Origin: Bacteroidales bacterium | Lineage (GTDB): Bacteria > Bacteroidota > Bacteroidia > Bacteroidales > WCHB1-69 | Direction: 5' to 3' | NCBI GenBank assembly: GCA_024686335.1 | Contig: JAILCI010000040.1 | Span: forward strand, 73,680-137,679 | Length of the DNA stretch: 64,000 nucleotides | Shown: piece after piece, positions 1 to 9,921 of the stretch | Numbering within the stretch: position 1 is the first letter of the stretch | Layout: every line of letters begins with the position of its first letter | Program-made: the position numbers and the translations under genes | Notes under the pieces: generated by a model | Databases searched by the model: none | What the model was told of the DNA's origin: nothing | The model's input: only the letters and a program-made list of their open reading frames with translations

Positions 1-1039
1 CGGCCTGCTGAAAGTTGTTGGTGACTGCCACGGAGTAGAACTCGCCCACAGAGTTGTCGCCTTTAAGCACACAACCAGGGTATTTCCACGTGATTGCAGA
101 GCCAGTCTCCACCTGCGTCCAGGAGATCTTGGAGTTAGCACCCTTGCAGAGACCGCGCTTTGTGACGAGGTTGTAGATACCGCCGTTGCCATCTTTATCG
201 CCTGGATACCAGTTCTGGACAGTGGAGTATTTGATCTCAGCATCTTTCATAGCGATGAGTTCTACGACTGCAGCATGCAACTGGTTCTCATCACGTTGCG
301 GAGCGGTACAACCCTCCATATAACTCACATAAGCGCCCTCGTCGGCAATGAGCAGCGTACGCTCAAACTGACCCGTACGAGCCGCATTGATACGGAAATA
401 GGTTGACAGCTCGATTGGACAGCGTACGCCCTTCGGGATGTAGCAGAAGGAGCCTTCGCTGAAGACGGCAGAGTTGAGTGCGGCATAGAAATTATCGGTA
501 TAAGGGACCACGGTGCCGATATATTGGCGTACCAGGTCGGGGTATTGTTGGATAGCTTCGCCAAAAGAGCAGAATATGATGCCTTTCTCTTTCAGTGTAT
601 CAGAGAAAGTGGTCTTGACAGAGACAGAGTCCATGACGGCATCCACAGCCACACCGGCCAGCACCTTCTGTTCCTCGAGAGAGATGCCCAGTTTGTTGAA
701 CGTATCCACCAGTTCGGGATCCACCTCATCCATAGAAGAGAGTTGTTTTTTCTTCTTGGGAATAGCCAAATAGGTGATATCCTGATAATCAGGACGTGGA
801 AAGTCGAGGTGACCCCATTGAGGTTCCTCAAGAGTAAGCCAATGGCGATATGCCTTAAGGCGGAACTCTAGAAGCCATTCGGGCTCGTTCTTACGAGCGG
901 AGATCATCCTCACGACCTCCTCGCTGAGACCTTTCGGGAACTCTTCAATTTCTATATCTGAGACAAAACCATATTCATATTCCTTCTCGGTTATGTCTTT
1001 CAAGATACCTTGTTGTTCTTTTTCTTCGTTTTCTTTCAT
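1..1039 (-). CDS. sufB: Fe-S cluster assembly protein SufB (3' end runs off the window)
   Basis: My translation from ATG 1039 gives [10 protein letters not shown]...EYGFVSDIE...[12 protein letters not shown]...[21 protein letters not shown]...[26 protein letters not shown]...[18 protein letters not shown], which are the SufB hallmark motifs. It is absent from the ORF track, presumably because it lacks a stop in the window. Confidence 0.96.
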   Translation of the reverse strand, partial: MKENEEKEQQGILKDITEKEYEYGFVSDIEIEEFPKGLSEEVVRMISARKNEPEWLLEFRLKAYRHWLTLEEPQWGHLDFPRPDYQDITYLAIPKKKKQLSSMDEVDPELVDTFNKLGISLEEQKVLAGVAVDAVMDSVSVKTTFSDTLKEKGIIFCSFGEAIQQYPDLVRQYIGTVVPYTDNFYAALNSAVFSEGSFCYIPKGVRCPIELSTYFRINAARTGQFERTLLIADEGAYVSYMEGCTAPQRDENQLHAAVVELIAMKDAEIKYSTVQNWYPGDKDGNGGIYNLVTKRGLCKGANSKISWTQVETGSAITWKYPGCVLKGDNSVGEFYSVAVTNNFQQA

Positions 1040-1095
1040 ACTCGCTTAAAAACTAATCATTTAGCTTTCAAATTCCCTATTTTCATCTTTCTAGG

Positions 1096-2037
1096 TTATT
1101 GTTCCATCAGGAAACGGGATGCTTCAATACCAGCAATAGCGCCAGTACCGGCAGCTACTATACCTTGACGGTAGTGTGGGTCTTGGACGTCACCGGCGGC
1201 AAAGACACCAGGGACATTCGTACGACAAGTGCCTGGCTGAGTGATGATATAACCTTGAGCGTCCATATCCAGTTGACCTTTGAACAGATCGCTTTGAGGT
1301 GTCACGCCGATAGCTTCGAATACGCCATTGACCTCAAGAGTGCGTTCCTCGCCAGTCTCGACATGACGAACCTGGAGTCCGGTGACCTTCTTGATGAAGC
1401 CTTCCTGCTGACCGATAATATCCACGGGCACATGGCTCCATACAACCTCGATATTAGGGGTATTGAGGACCTGCTTCTGTAGTGCGGCGGTACCGCGGAA
1501 CTCGTCACGACGATGCACGATATAGACCTTCGTACAGAGTTGAGACAAGTAGAGGGCATCTTCCAAGGCAGTGTCGCCACCACCGATAACTACGGTTGTG
1601 CGTTTGCGGAAGAAGTTGCCGTCACAGGTAGCGCAAGTAGAGACACCAAATCCGCGGAACTTCTGCTCACTGGGGAGTCCGAGCCAACGGGCTTGGGCAC
1701 CAGTAGCCACGACGACAGTGTCGGCGATGATCTCATCCTTATCGTCGACCCAGCAATGGAAGGGACGGGAGGAGAAGTCCACCTTAGTGACGATGCCTGA
1801 GCGCATCTCAGTGCCAACATGGAGGGCTTGGTCGCGGATATCCTCCATGATGACGGGGCCTGAGGAACCTTTGGGGTAACCGGGGAAGTTCTCCACCTCG
1901 TTGGTGATAGTGAGTTGGCCGCCCACCTGAAGACCTTCGATAAGGATAGGTTTGAGGTCTGCGCGGGAGGCGTATATGCCGGCGGTATATCCGGCCGGTC
2001 CGGAGCCTATAATGAGGCATTTAACATGTTCAGCCAT
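1096..2037 (-). CDS. trxB: Thioredoxin-disulfide reductase
   Basis: IIGSGPAGYTA FAD motif, CATCDG redox-active CxxC, GGGDTALE NADPH motif, GVFAAGDV. ATG at 2037 (MAEHVK). Confidence 0.96.
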   Translation of the reverse strand: MAEHVKCLIIGSGPAGYTAGIYASRADLKPILIEGLQVGGQLTITNEVENFPGYPKGSSGPVIMEDIRDQALHVGTEMRSGIVTKVDFSSRPFHCWVDDKDEIIADTVVVATGAQARWLGLPSEQKFRGFGVSTCATCDGNFFRKRTTVVIGGGDTALEDALYLSQLCTKVYIVHRRDEFRGTAALQKQVLNTPNIEVVWSHVPVDIIGQQEGFIKKVTGLQVRHVETGEERTLEVNGVFEAIGVTPQSDLFKGQLDMDAQGYIITQPGTCRTNVPGVFAAGDVQDPHYRQGIVAAGTGAIAGIEASRFLMEQ

Positions 2038-2055
2038 AGTAATAGAATTAGGCGG

Positions 2056-2063
2056 CAAAGGTA
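2056..2063 (-). promoter_or_regulatory. Bacteroidetes -7 promoter box (TACCTTTG) for trxB
   Basis: Matches the TAnnTTTG consensus about 20 bp upstream of the trxB ATG. Confidence 0.6.
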
Positions 2064-2111
2064 CTATTTTATTTTTTAAATTGGAAAAGTAGGGAGTAAT
2101 GATTTTTTTTG

Positions 2112-2119
2112 TATTTTTG
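2112..2119 (+). promoter_or_regulatory. Bacteroidetes -7 promoter box (TATTTTTG) for tRNA-Ala
   Basis: TAnnTTTG ending 17 bp upstream of the tRNA 5' end. Confidence 0.65.
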
Positions 2120-2135
2120 CCGCCGATTTCAGCAC

Positions 2136-2209
2136 GGGGTGTTAGCTCAGTTGGCTAGAGCGTTTGACTGGCAGTCAAGAGGTCGTGAGTTCGATTCTCA
2201 TACACTCCA
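2136..2209 (+). tRNA. tRNA-Ala (anticodon GGC)
   Basis: Acceptor stem GGGGTGT/ACACTCC with the G3:U70 alanine identity pair, D-arm AGCTCAGTTGGCTAGAGC, anticodon loop CT-GGC-AG, T-loop GTTCGATTC. CCA is not fully encoded. Confidence 0.95.
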
Positions 2210-2223
2210 CAAAAGTGAAAGGC

Positions 2224-2253
2224 AAGAGGTTACGGAAGTGACCTCTTTTTTTT
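2224..2253 (+). terminator. Intrinsic terminator after tRNA-Ala
   Basis: Hairpin GAGGTTAC-GGAA-GTGACCTC followed by T8. Confidence 0.8.
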
Positions 2254-2390
2254 GTTTAAGGAGAAGGGGGGGGGGGATGGTAGGGAGAGAGCGATTCTGG
2301 GGCCATTATATTTTTACAACCCACTTCAATAATTACCAGTTGACCGTAGAAAAAAAGTTTCTATACATAATTATGAATTTTTCAATAGGA

Positions 2391-3236
2391 TTATAATGTA
2401 TGTGGGCTTATAAGAGAATAAGGTAAAACTTGTTCCATATTATCAAAAACATTGGAAAATCGATTTCCATTAGACTCTCGAAAGTGTCTTCTTCTAAATA
2501 GAGCTTCATAAACGTAACGATGAAAATGTGACGCAGAAACAAAATGATATATCCCGGCTATCATTCTTTTAAGCTGAATCCAAAAAGAATCTACTATCAC
2601 ATGTCTAAGAGGACGATGAACTCGCGTAAATAGCGGATATGGGTCCTCAATTTTTAGCTCAGGCCGTTCACTCTCAACTAGACTTTGCAAACAGATTAGA
2701 TCATCTTTCAAAACACGGGAATAATTCATAACACGCTTCACCACTTCCGGATGGATCTTATGTTTAGAATCTGGTATTCTTACTTTAAAAGGATTACCTT
2801 TTTTACCCATCTTGACTTCAATAATACCTTGAACATGATCAAAAAAATCATCATTAGAATCTCTGAGTAGCAGTCTGATTTTCTGTAATATGAACCATGC
2901 TGTTTTTTGCGTGACACCTAGGATAAAAGATAATTGACAAGACGAGATACCTTGGCGGCTATTGCACACTAAAAAGATTGCTTTAAACCATGTAAGTAGC
3001 GGTAACTTAGTATTCTGGAAAACAGTGCCAACAAGGATGGAAAAGGTATTACCACATCCTGCACAAACATATCGTCCATCACATTTTTTATAAATCTTAT
3101 TTCCTGAGCAATATGGACATTGAGGAGATCCTTCCCATCGTTTCCAAGCCAGATAATCCAAACAACGACGTTGCGAATTAAAGTAGATTTCAAGATCTCT
3201 GAGCGATTTGAGTTTTTGAGTAATATTTGTTCCCAT
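2391..3236 (-). CDS. IS1595-family transposase-like protein, DDE core apparently degenerate
   Basis: N-terminal zinc ribbon RWEGSPQCPYC...YVCAGC, FSILVGTVFQNTKLPL, HTH GISSCQLSFILGVTQKTAWF, and C-terminal FWIQLKRMIAGIYHFVS...RYVYEALFR. Clearly AT-richer than the flanking genes. Confidence 0.8.
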   Translation of the reverse strand: MGTNITQKLKSLRDLEIYFNSQRRCLDYLAWKRWEGSPQCPYCSGNKIYKKCDGRYVCAGCGNTFSILVGTVFQNTKLPLLTWFKAIFLVCNSRQGISSCQLSFILGVTQKTAWFILQKIRLLLRDSNDDFFDHVQGIIEVKMGKKGNPFKVRIPDSKHKIHPEVVKRVMNYSRVLKDDLICLQSLVESERPELKIEDPYPLFTRVHRPLRHVIVDSFWIQLKRMIAGIYHFVSASHFHRYVYEALFRRRHFRESNGNRFSNVFDNMEQVLPYSLISPHTL

Positions 3237-3522
3237 TATTTTAAATTTTAAACATAATTTTGTTTTTATTTTGCAAATATAATACAACATTTTACAAATG
3301 TCAATACTTTGAAGATAATTTTATAAGATTGATTACCAACAAATTGCAATAGCTATGGTCAACATGTAATTATTGGATAACATCTCGTTGTCCGTATTTT
3401 TGAATATTTTTAAATAAAATACCTTTCAACACCGTCAACTTGAGGTAGGAAACCAACCCCTCTCTATCCCCTCTCCCTCACCCATATCAAAATTATTATT
3501 TTGTTTTTTACCCACAATTTCC

Positions 3523-3530
3523 TACTTTTG
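3523..3530 (+). promoter_or_regulatory. -7 promoter box (TACTTTTG) for the VOC/Fe-S operon
   Basis: TAnnTTTG 23 bp upstream of ATG 3553. Confidence 0.6.
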
Positions 3531-3552
3531 CAAGTTTAAAAATTATACGATA

Positions 3553-4623
3553 ATGAAAAACTATAACATCGTTGGTATACAACAAGTAGGCGTCGGAACT
3601 GAAGACATGGTAAACTCATGGAAATGGTACGCAGATATGTTCCAAATGAATATCCGCATGCTGGAAGACGATACCGTCGCCGAACTCATGTTACCATATA
3701 CTGGCAATAAACCACAAAGACGTCACGCCTGCATAGCCGCCAATCTACAAGGTGGCGGCGGCTTCGAGATATGGCAATACTCCGAACGCAAACCACTCAA
3801 ACCTGATTTCCCTATCCAAGTGGGTGACCTCGGCATCTTTATTGCTAAAATTAAATCTCACAACATCGAAGCTTATCACGATGAACTCATCGCCAAATAT
3901 GAGAAAATAACCCCCGTATATACCGACCCGCGCGGTCTCCCTACTTTCTATGTCCATGACCCATTTGGCAACACCTTCCAAGTAGTTGAGGACAACTACA
4001 TATTCATCGACGAGAATCGCTACTCCGGCGGCATCGTCGGCGCCATGATCGGTGTGACCGACATAGATCGTTCCCTCCCTGTATATCAGGATATCCTGGG
4101 CTATGACACCATCATCTACGACAAAAACGGAACTTTCGCTGACTGGCAAGATCTGCGTGGCGGTACTCAACCGTACCGCCGTGTCCTGCTTGGCCGCTCC
4201 ACTCCTCTCTCCGGACCTTTCTCCCAACTTTACGGCAACGGCACTATTGAACTCGTTCAAGCTCTCGACCGCACCCCTCGTAAAATCTACGAAAACAGAT
4301 TTTGGGGCGATCCTGGCTTCATTCAGATCTGCCTCGACGTCGTCAACATGAAAGCCCTGGAAGAGTACTGCGAAAGCAAAGGATATCCCTTTACCGTGGA
4401 CAGCTGCAAAGATCAAAACAATTTCGACATGGGAAAAGCCTCCGGACACTTCACCTATATCGAAGATCCCGATGGCACCTTGATAGAATTCGTGGAGATT
4501 CATAAAATACCCGTCATCGATAAACTTAACATCGGCATAAATCTGATGAAAAAAGACCGCACCAAACCACTGCCGAGATTCTTCTTTTTCTTAATGAAAC
4601 TCAATCGCGTCAAATTCAAATAG
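3553..4623 (+). CDS. VOC/glyoxalase superfamily protein (tandem domains)
   Basis: Two VOC-like halves: QVGVGT..W..YADMF...FYVHDPFGNTFQVVE and IGVTDIDRSL..YQDILGY...FTYIEDPDGTLIEFVE. Confidence 0.8.
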   Translation: MKNYNIVGIQQVGVGTEDMVNSWKWYADMFQMNIRMLEDDTVAELMLPYTGNKPQRRHACIAANLQGGGGFEIWQYSERKPLKPDFPIQVGDLGIFIAKIKSHNIEAYHDELIAKYEKITPVYTDPRGLPTFYVHDPFGNTFQVVEDNYIFIDENRYSGGIVGAMIGVTDIDRSLPVYQDILGYDTIIYDKNGTFADWQDLRGGTQPYRRVLLGRSTPLSGPFSQLYGNGTIELVQALDRTPRKIYENRFWGDPGFIQICLDVVNMKALEEYCESKGYPFTVDSCKDQNNFDMGKASGHFTYIEDPDGTLIEFVEIHKIPVIDKLNIGINLMKKDRTKPLPRFFFFLMKLNRVKFK

Positions 4624-4625
4624 TC

Positions 4626-5234
4626 ATGAGCACTCTTATTGAAGACATACAAAAAGATGTACGCTTTTCGGAATCTCTGAAAGCGTGCATGAACTGTGGC
4701 ATGTGCACGGCCGTGTGCCCAGCAGCCGAGTTCTACGAATATGATCCTCGCCGAATCTGCGATATAGTACAACGTAAGGACGAAGCCGCCATCGAACAAC
4801 TCCTGCGTTCAGACACAATCTGGTTCTGCGGTCAGTGCATGTCTTGTAAACCCCGTTGTCCCCGTGGCAACGCCCCTGGCGAAATCATCTCCGTGCTTCG
4901 TAACGAATCACAGAAGTTCGGTTACTTCATGGACAGCGAGATGGGACGTCAACAGGTTTTCCTAATGAAAACTTTGGAAACCAACATCCTAGAAATTGGA
5001 TACTGTGTTTACCCTGACCGTGTAGACCCCAACTATCATGTGGAACAAGGGCCCATTTGGGAATGGTACCACAAGCATGTAGCTGATGTGGCCCCTAAAT
5101 TCGGAGCCAACTACCACGGACAAGGCGCTGGTGCTCTCCGAGACATCCCGCACGAGGATATGGAAGAGGTACGCAAGATTTTTGAAGTCACTGGCGGCAT
5201 GGAACTCAGAAAAAAAGTGTTAGACAAAGAATAA
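4626..5234 (+). CDS. 4Fe-4S dicluster protein, heterodisulfide reductase HdrC-like
   Basis: CMNCGMCTAVCP and IWFCGQCMSCKPRCPRG ferredoxin motifs. Confidence 0.85.
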   Translation: MSTLIEDIQKDVRFSESLKACMNCGMCTAVCPAAEFYEYDPRRICDIVQRKDEAAIEQLLRSDTIWFCGQCMSCKPRCPRGNAPGEIISVLRNESQKFGYFMDSEMGRQQVFLMKTLETNILEIGYCVYPDRVDPNYHVEQGPIWEWYHKHVADVAPKFGANYHGQGAGALRDIPHEDMEEVRKIFEVTGGMELRKKVLDKE

Positions 5235-5241
5235 AAACAAC

Positions 5242-5598
5242 ATGGCAGACTTCGGTTTTAGCATCAAAAAAACACGTTCCATTCATCTGTCGGAAGCCAA
5301 CTTACTCAAATTCCGTCAGACTGTGGAAGCTGTCCCCTCTTACAAGAACTGCATCGGCTGTGGCGGCTGTACAGCGACATGTTCAGCCCGCCAATATACT
5401 GACTTCAATATCCGAAAAGTCCACTTCTCTATCCGCAGAGGTCTCTATGATGACGCTGCCACTGAACTTCAAAAGTGCATGCTCTGCGGCAAGTGCACCC
5501 TCGTATGTCCTCGCGGTGTAAACCTGCGCTCACTCATCATCAACATCCGTCAAATAATCTCTAACGCTAACGAACCTTTTGAAGATGGAAAATTTTAG
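5242..5598 (+). CDS. Small 4Fe-4S dicluster protein (HdrC-like)
   Basis: CIGCGGCTATC and CMLCGKCTLVCPRGV. Confidence 0.85.
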   Translation: MADFGFSIKKTRSIHLSEANLLKFRQTVEAVPSYKNCIGCGGCTATCSARQYTDFNIRKVHFSIRRGLYDDAATELQKCMLCGKCTLVCPRGVNLRSLIINIRQIISNANEPFEDGKF

Positions 5599-7366
5599 TC
5601 CTTTCGTACTGCCTTTCGTGCTGGGCGCATTCGCCCTGCTCGGCATCTGCATATACAAATTCGTGCGGTGGATCAAGCAGTTTGACCGCGTACAACAGAA
5701 GACCTTCTTCAAGAACCTCTTCACTGGAAAATTTCTCCCCGCAATATGGGAGATGTTCACCGAGTGCCTTCTTCACCTCCGCATTACCAAAAAGAACTGG
5801 CGATTGGGCTATATGCACCGCAGCATCGCCTTCGGATGGTTCCTGCTCATTTTCGTAGGCGCCATTGAGAGCCGCATTGGTACCGAAGACCATTTTCACT
5901 TCTGGGTGGCTATCTTCTACCGTTTCTTCCATCACACTCCACCTGTCAACGGCACCGAGGTCTTCTTCACCAACCTAATGGATCTGCTCTTGCTCTATGT
6001 TCTCTCAGGCGTTTTCTTGGCTCTCGTCAAGAAGATTCATTCCCGCATCTTGGGTATGAAACGCGCCACCAAACACTCCTTGATGGACAAGATCATCCGC
6101 TACTCTCTGTGGGGAATCTTTCCATTACGTCTTCTCAGCGAGTCTGTGACCGCCTGCATCTATGGCAACGGCGGATTCTTGACTCAAACAATCGGCAACT
6201 GGTTCAGCCTTCCAGTGGCTCAATTTCTCGAGCTGCCTTTGTGGACCCTCTACTCTATCGACCTCTGCGTCTTCTTCCTCCTACTGCCCTTCACTCGTTA
6301 TATGCATATCTTCGCTGAGATTTTCCTGATCTATTTCAGAAAAATGGGACTTCAAGAGCATACGCACATGACCGGTTTCACAAAGTTTGAACTCAGCGCA
6401 TGCTCACGTTGCGGTATCTGTATCGACCATTGCCCACTTTATAAAGACCTCAATATTCCGGAAGTACAATCTGTATACCTGCTCCGTAACCTTCGTAACT
6501 TGGAATACCACAAGGATATTGTCACGGCCGCCAAAAACTGCCTGATGTGCAATCGCTGCGTGGAAGACTGTCCCGTCAACATCGACTTGATGAGCATTCG
6601 CCGCATTGCCCGTGACAAAGGCAAAATAGACATCCCCGACAGCTATCAATATCTGAAAAAGGTTAAAAGTTTCAACGCCATTGGTCGTGTAGCCTACTTT
6701 AGTGGATGCATGTCGCACCTCACCCCTGGCATTACACAAGCAATGGAGACGATTTTCAAAGCCGCTGGACAGGACTATTGGTACATGGACGAGCAACGCA
6801 CCATCTGCTGCGGCCGTCCTCTTTTGCAGCAAGGCTTCGATAGTCAAGCTTCTGAACTGCGTCGCAAGAACACTGAATTCATTAAACAATCTGGTGCAAC
6901 AGCACTGATCACATCCTGTCCTATCTGCTATAAATCTTTTAAAGATGAATACCAACTGCACATCCCTGTGTATCATCATACCGAATACATCAACATGCTT
7001 ATTAAAAATGGCAAGTTGAAAGTAAACAAGAGCGATTTGAAAGTCACCTATCATGATCCTTGTGAGTTGGGCCGTGGACGCCATATTTACAAGGAACCGC
7101 GTCAGGTTCTCGAAGCTGTTGCCAATCTCCAGAAGATTTCTGACGAGAAAGAAAATAGCCTCTGCTGCGGTATGAACCTCGGCAACACAGTGCTCACCCT
7201 TGAACAGCAGACAACTATCCGTGATAACACGTTAGCTTGCCTGAGCGCTCCGAATCCGGATGTCATAGCCACCGCTTGCCCGATGTGCAAAAAGGCCTTC
7301 CAACATGGCACACAAGCCAATATCCGCGACATTGCAGAGATTGTGGCTGACAATATCAAGAAATAA
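5585..7366 (+). CDS. Membrane-anchored Fe-S oxidoreductase (HdrD/GlcF-like, two CCG domains)
   Basis: About five N-terminal hydrophobic helices, two 4Fe-4S motifs (CSRCGICIDHCP, CLMCNRCVEDCP), and two CCG domains (FSGC..ICCG..SCPIC and YHDPC..LCCG..ACPMC). Confidence 0.85.
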   Translation: MENFSPFVLPFVLGAFALLGICIYKFVRWIKQFDRVQQKTFFKNLFTGKFLPAIWEMFTECLLHLRITKKNWRLGYMHRSIAFGWFLLIFVGAIESRIGTEDHFHFWVAIFYRFFHHTPPVNGTEVFFTNLMDLLLLYVLSGVFLALVKKIHSRILGMKRATKHSLMDKIIRYSLWGIFPLRLLSESVTACIYGNGGFLTQTIGNWFSLPVAQFLELPLWTLYSIDLCVFFLLLPFTRYMHIFAEIFLIYFRKMGLQEHTHMTGFTKFELSACSRCGICIDHCPLYKDLNIPEVQSVYLLRNLRNLEYHKDIVTAAKNCLMCNRCVEDCPVNIDLMSIRRIARDKGKIDIPDSYQYLKKVKSFNAIGRVAYFSGCMSHLTPGITQAMETIFKAAGQDYWYMDEQRTICCGRPLLQQGFDSQASELRRKNTEFIKQSGATALITSCPICYKSFKDEYQLHIPVYHHTEYINMLIKNGKLKVNKSDLKVTYHDPCELGRGRHIYKEPRQVLEAVANLQKISDEKENSLCCGMNLGNTVLTLEQQTTIRDNTLACLSAPNPDVIATACPMCKKAFQHGTQANIRDIAEIVADNIKK

Positions 7367-7406
7367 CAAAACTAAATTATTCATAAACAAACAAAACACA
7401 AAAACA

Positions 7407-8867
7407 ATGAATCAAGAATTATTAAATCTCTATCCGCACGATTTGTGGGAAAATTTCGGACACATTTGTGATGCACCACACCCTTCCAAACATGAAGAAG
7501 CTGTTGTAAAATGGCTGAAATCCTGGGCTGCTGACCATCAGGTAAAGTGTGAGCAAGACGCTACTGGCAACTTGCTGTTCACTATTCCCGCAACTCCTGG
7601 TATGGAAAACCGTATGCCTGTCATCCTGCAAGCGCACTGCGACATGGTTCCGCAAGCTGACAGCGACAAAAAACACGACTTCCTCACCGACCCTATCGAG
7701 CCTATCATCGACAACGGTTGGGTACGTGCCAACAAGACTACTCTTGGTGCTGACGACGGCATCGGCGTAGCTGCAGCTTTGGCTGCTGTCACCACTCCTG
7801 GCGTAGAACACGGTCCGCTGGAGATCCTCGTCACCATCGACGAAGAGACTGGTATGACTGGCGCTTTCGGTTTGAAAGAGGGCTTCGTAAAAGGTAAAAT
7901 CCTCATCAACCTCGATTCCGAGACTGAGGGCGAACTCTATGTGGGTTGCGCTGGTGGTCTGGACGCAAACTTCGAGCGTACCTACAAAACGATGAAGACC
8001 CCTGCCGACATGAAGGGATATAAACTCTTTGTCACAGGTCTGCACGGTGGTCACTCCGGTATGGACATCAACTTAGGTCGTGCCAACGCCAACAAGATCG
8101 CTACACGTTTCATGAAACGTGCCGTGGTTCAATTCGGCGCTTGCATCAGCACCGTCAATGGCGGCAGCCTGCGTAACGCTATCCCGCGTGAGGCTACCGT
8201 CATCCTCGCCGTTCCTGCCAGCAAGGCTGCTGAGTTCGAAGCATTCGCTAAAGAATTCGAAGCTACTGTCAAGAATGAGTTCGCCAAGACGGAAGAGGGC
8301 ATGTCCATTACCGTCAGCGGTGTAGATACCCCCAAAGAGGTTATCGAGACTAAGGCTCAGAATCAGTTCATCAACATGATCTTCGCTATTCCTAACGGCG
8401 TTCAGCGCATGAGCGATTCTATGGCTGACCTGGTTGAAACCTCCAACAACCTGGCTGCTATGCATGCTGAGAATGGCAAGATGTCTGCCATCTGTCTGCT
8501 TCGTAGCTCCGTCAACAGCGCTAAGGATGCCCTTGGCGACCGCATGACTGCTGTTGCTGAACTGGCAGAATGCAACATTGAACTCACTGGCGCTTATCCT
8601 GGTTGGAAACCCAATATGGAGTCTCCGATCATGAACACCTGCAAGACTGTCTACAACCAGAAGTTCGGTCACGACCCGAAGATCATGGCTATCCATGCTG
8701 GTCTCGAATGCGGTCTCTTCGGAGTATGCTATCCTGACTGGGATATGGTATCCTTCGGACCTACCATCGAGCACCCGCACTCTCCAGTTGAGCGCGTAAA
8801 CATCGAATCTGTCGGCAAATTCTTCGACTTCTTAGTAGCAGTCCTCAAGAACGTAGCTGTAAGATAA
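7407..8867 (+). CDS. pepD: Aminoacyl-histidine dipeptidase (M20C)
   Basis: LQAHCDMV, TTLGADDGIG, DEETGMTGA, INLDSE, GLHGGHSGMDI, IHAGLECG, SFGPTI..PHSPVE. ATG at 7407. Confidence 0.93.
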   Translation: MNQELLNLYPHDLWENFGHICDAPHPSKHEEAVVKWLKSWAADHQVKCEQDATGNLLFTIPATPGMENRMPVILQAHCDMVPQADSDKKHDFLTDPIEPIIDNGWVRANKTTLGADDGIGVAAALAAVTTPGVEHGPLEILVTIDEETGMTGAFGLKEGFVKGKILINLDSETEGELYVGCAGGLDANFERTYKTMKTPADMKGYKLFVTGLHGGHSGMDINLGRANANKIATRFMKRAVVQFGACISTVNGGSLRNAIPREATVILAVPASKAAEFEAFAKEFEATVKNEFAKTEEGMSITVSGVDTPKEVIETKAQNQFINMIFAIPNGVQRMSDSMADLVETSNNLAAMHAENGKMSAICLLRSSVNSAKDALGDRMTAVAELAECNIELTGAYPGWKPNMESPIMNTCKTVYNQKFGHDPKIMAIHAGLECGLFGVCYPDWDMVSFGPTIEHPHSPVERVNIESVGKFFDFLVAVLKNVAVR

Positions 8868-8882
8868 TCAGAATATTACAGA

Positions 8883-8919
8883 AAGGTGGACCAAAAAATC
8901 GGTCCACCTTCTTTTTTTT
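8883..8919 (+). terminator. Intrinsic terminator after pepD
   Basis: AAGGTGGACC-loop-GGTCCACCTT followed by a T run. Confidence 0.85.
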
Positions 8920-8941
8920 CCAGTTTCTAAAACCTATCTCC

Positions 8942-9895
8942 GTGCAGACATTCAACATCAACACTTTAGATCAAGAATGGCAGATATTATTGAACATCAA
9001 TGCCAATGAAAACACCCTATTGGAAAAATGGGTTGCCATTGCACAACGATTAAAAGCGGCAGGGTATCGATATGAAACCCACCACATCACTGCAATCGGT
9101 GAAGGTATGGCCACAGCTGCACGATTATGTAAAGAAGGTGCTCGACACATCATTGCAGCTGGTGGCGACGGCACCATCAACGAGGTCGTTAACGGTATTT
9201 TCTCTTCTGGCGTGGACACACGGGAAGTCTATCTCGCCATTCTTCCTATGGGACGTGGAAACGATACGGTGAGAACGCATCATTACCCAGAAAATGCCAG
9301 TGAATGTGTTGACATCTTAAAACAAGGTCGCTTCCTAAAACACGACATCGGCAAAGTACGTGTCACAAAAGGAGATGAGATTCTGAAGGAGCGCCATTTT
9401 ATCAACATCGCTGGATTCGGGTTCGATGGCGAAGTGATTCACAATGTCACCTACCGTCCTAAGAAACTGCCCGGACTCTCTATCTACATGTCCGGACTCA
9501 TCACCACCCTTCTCAAACGAAAGGCTCCCACAGTAAAAATCAAGGCTGGAGACAAGGAATATGATGGCAAAATATTCATGGCTTTGGGCTGCATCTGCCA
9601 ATATAACGGCAGTGGCATGCGCGAGGCCAAGATGGCAGATCCTCAGGACGGATTGATGGATATCATCATCATACCCGACATCAGCGCACCACGTGTGGCT
9701 TGGCATCTCAAAGACCTCAAATCTGGAGATCATGTTGATAAAATCAAGTTCGTACAACACTGGCAAACTCGCGAAGTAACTATCTCCTCCGATGAACAGG
9801 TATTAGGTGAAGTGGAAGGGGAAGTGCTCCCTATTGGACAGTATCACATCTCCCTGATACCAAACTCCTTGAACGTCCTGACAAACATAAAATAA
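8942..9895 (+). CDS. Diacylglycerol kinase family lipid kinase (YegS/DagK-like)
   Basis: AAGGDGTINEVVNG, LAILPMGRGND, FINIAGFGFD, ADPQDGLMD, EVEGE. GTG start. Confidence 0.85.
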   Translation: MQTFNINTLDQEWQILLNINANENTLLEKWVAIAQRLKAAGYRYETHHITAIGEGMATAARLCKEGARHIIAAGGDGTINEVVNGIFSSGVDTREVYLAILPMGRGNDTVRTHHYPENASECVDILKQGRFLKHDIGKVRVTKGDEILKERHFINIAGFGFDGEVIHNVTYRPKKLPGLSIYMSGLITTLLKRKAPTVKIKAGDKEYDGKIFMALGCICQYNGSGMREAKMADPQDGLMDIIIIPDISAPRVAWHLKDLKSGDHVDKIKFVQHWQTREVTISSDEQVLGEVEGEVLPIGQYHISLIPNSLNVLTNIK

Positions 9896-9921
9896 GCTCG
9901 ACAATAGATAAATCATCGACC

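Noticed and set aside
2136-3483. Integrative island at tRNA-Ala
   Set aside because: No integrase and no duplicated tRNA 3' end (att site) seen. Only the single IS1595-like gene is present.
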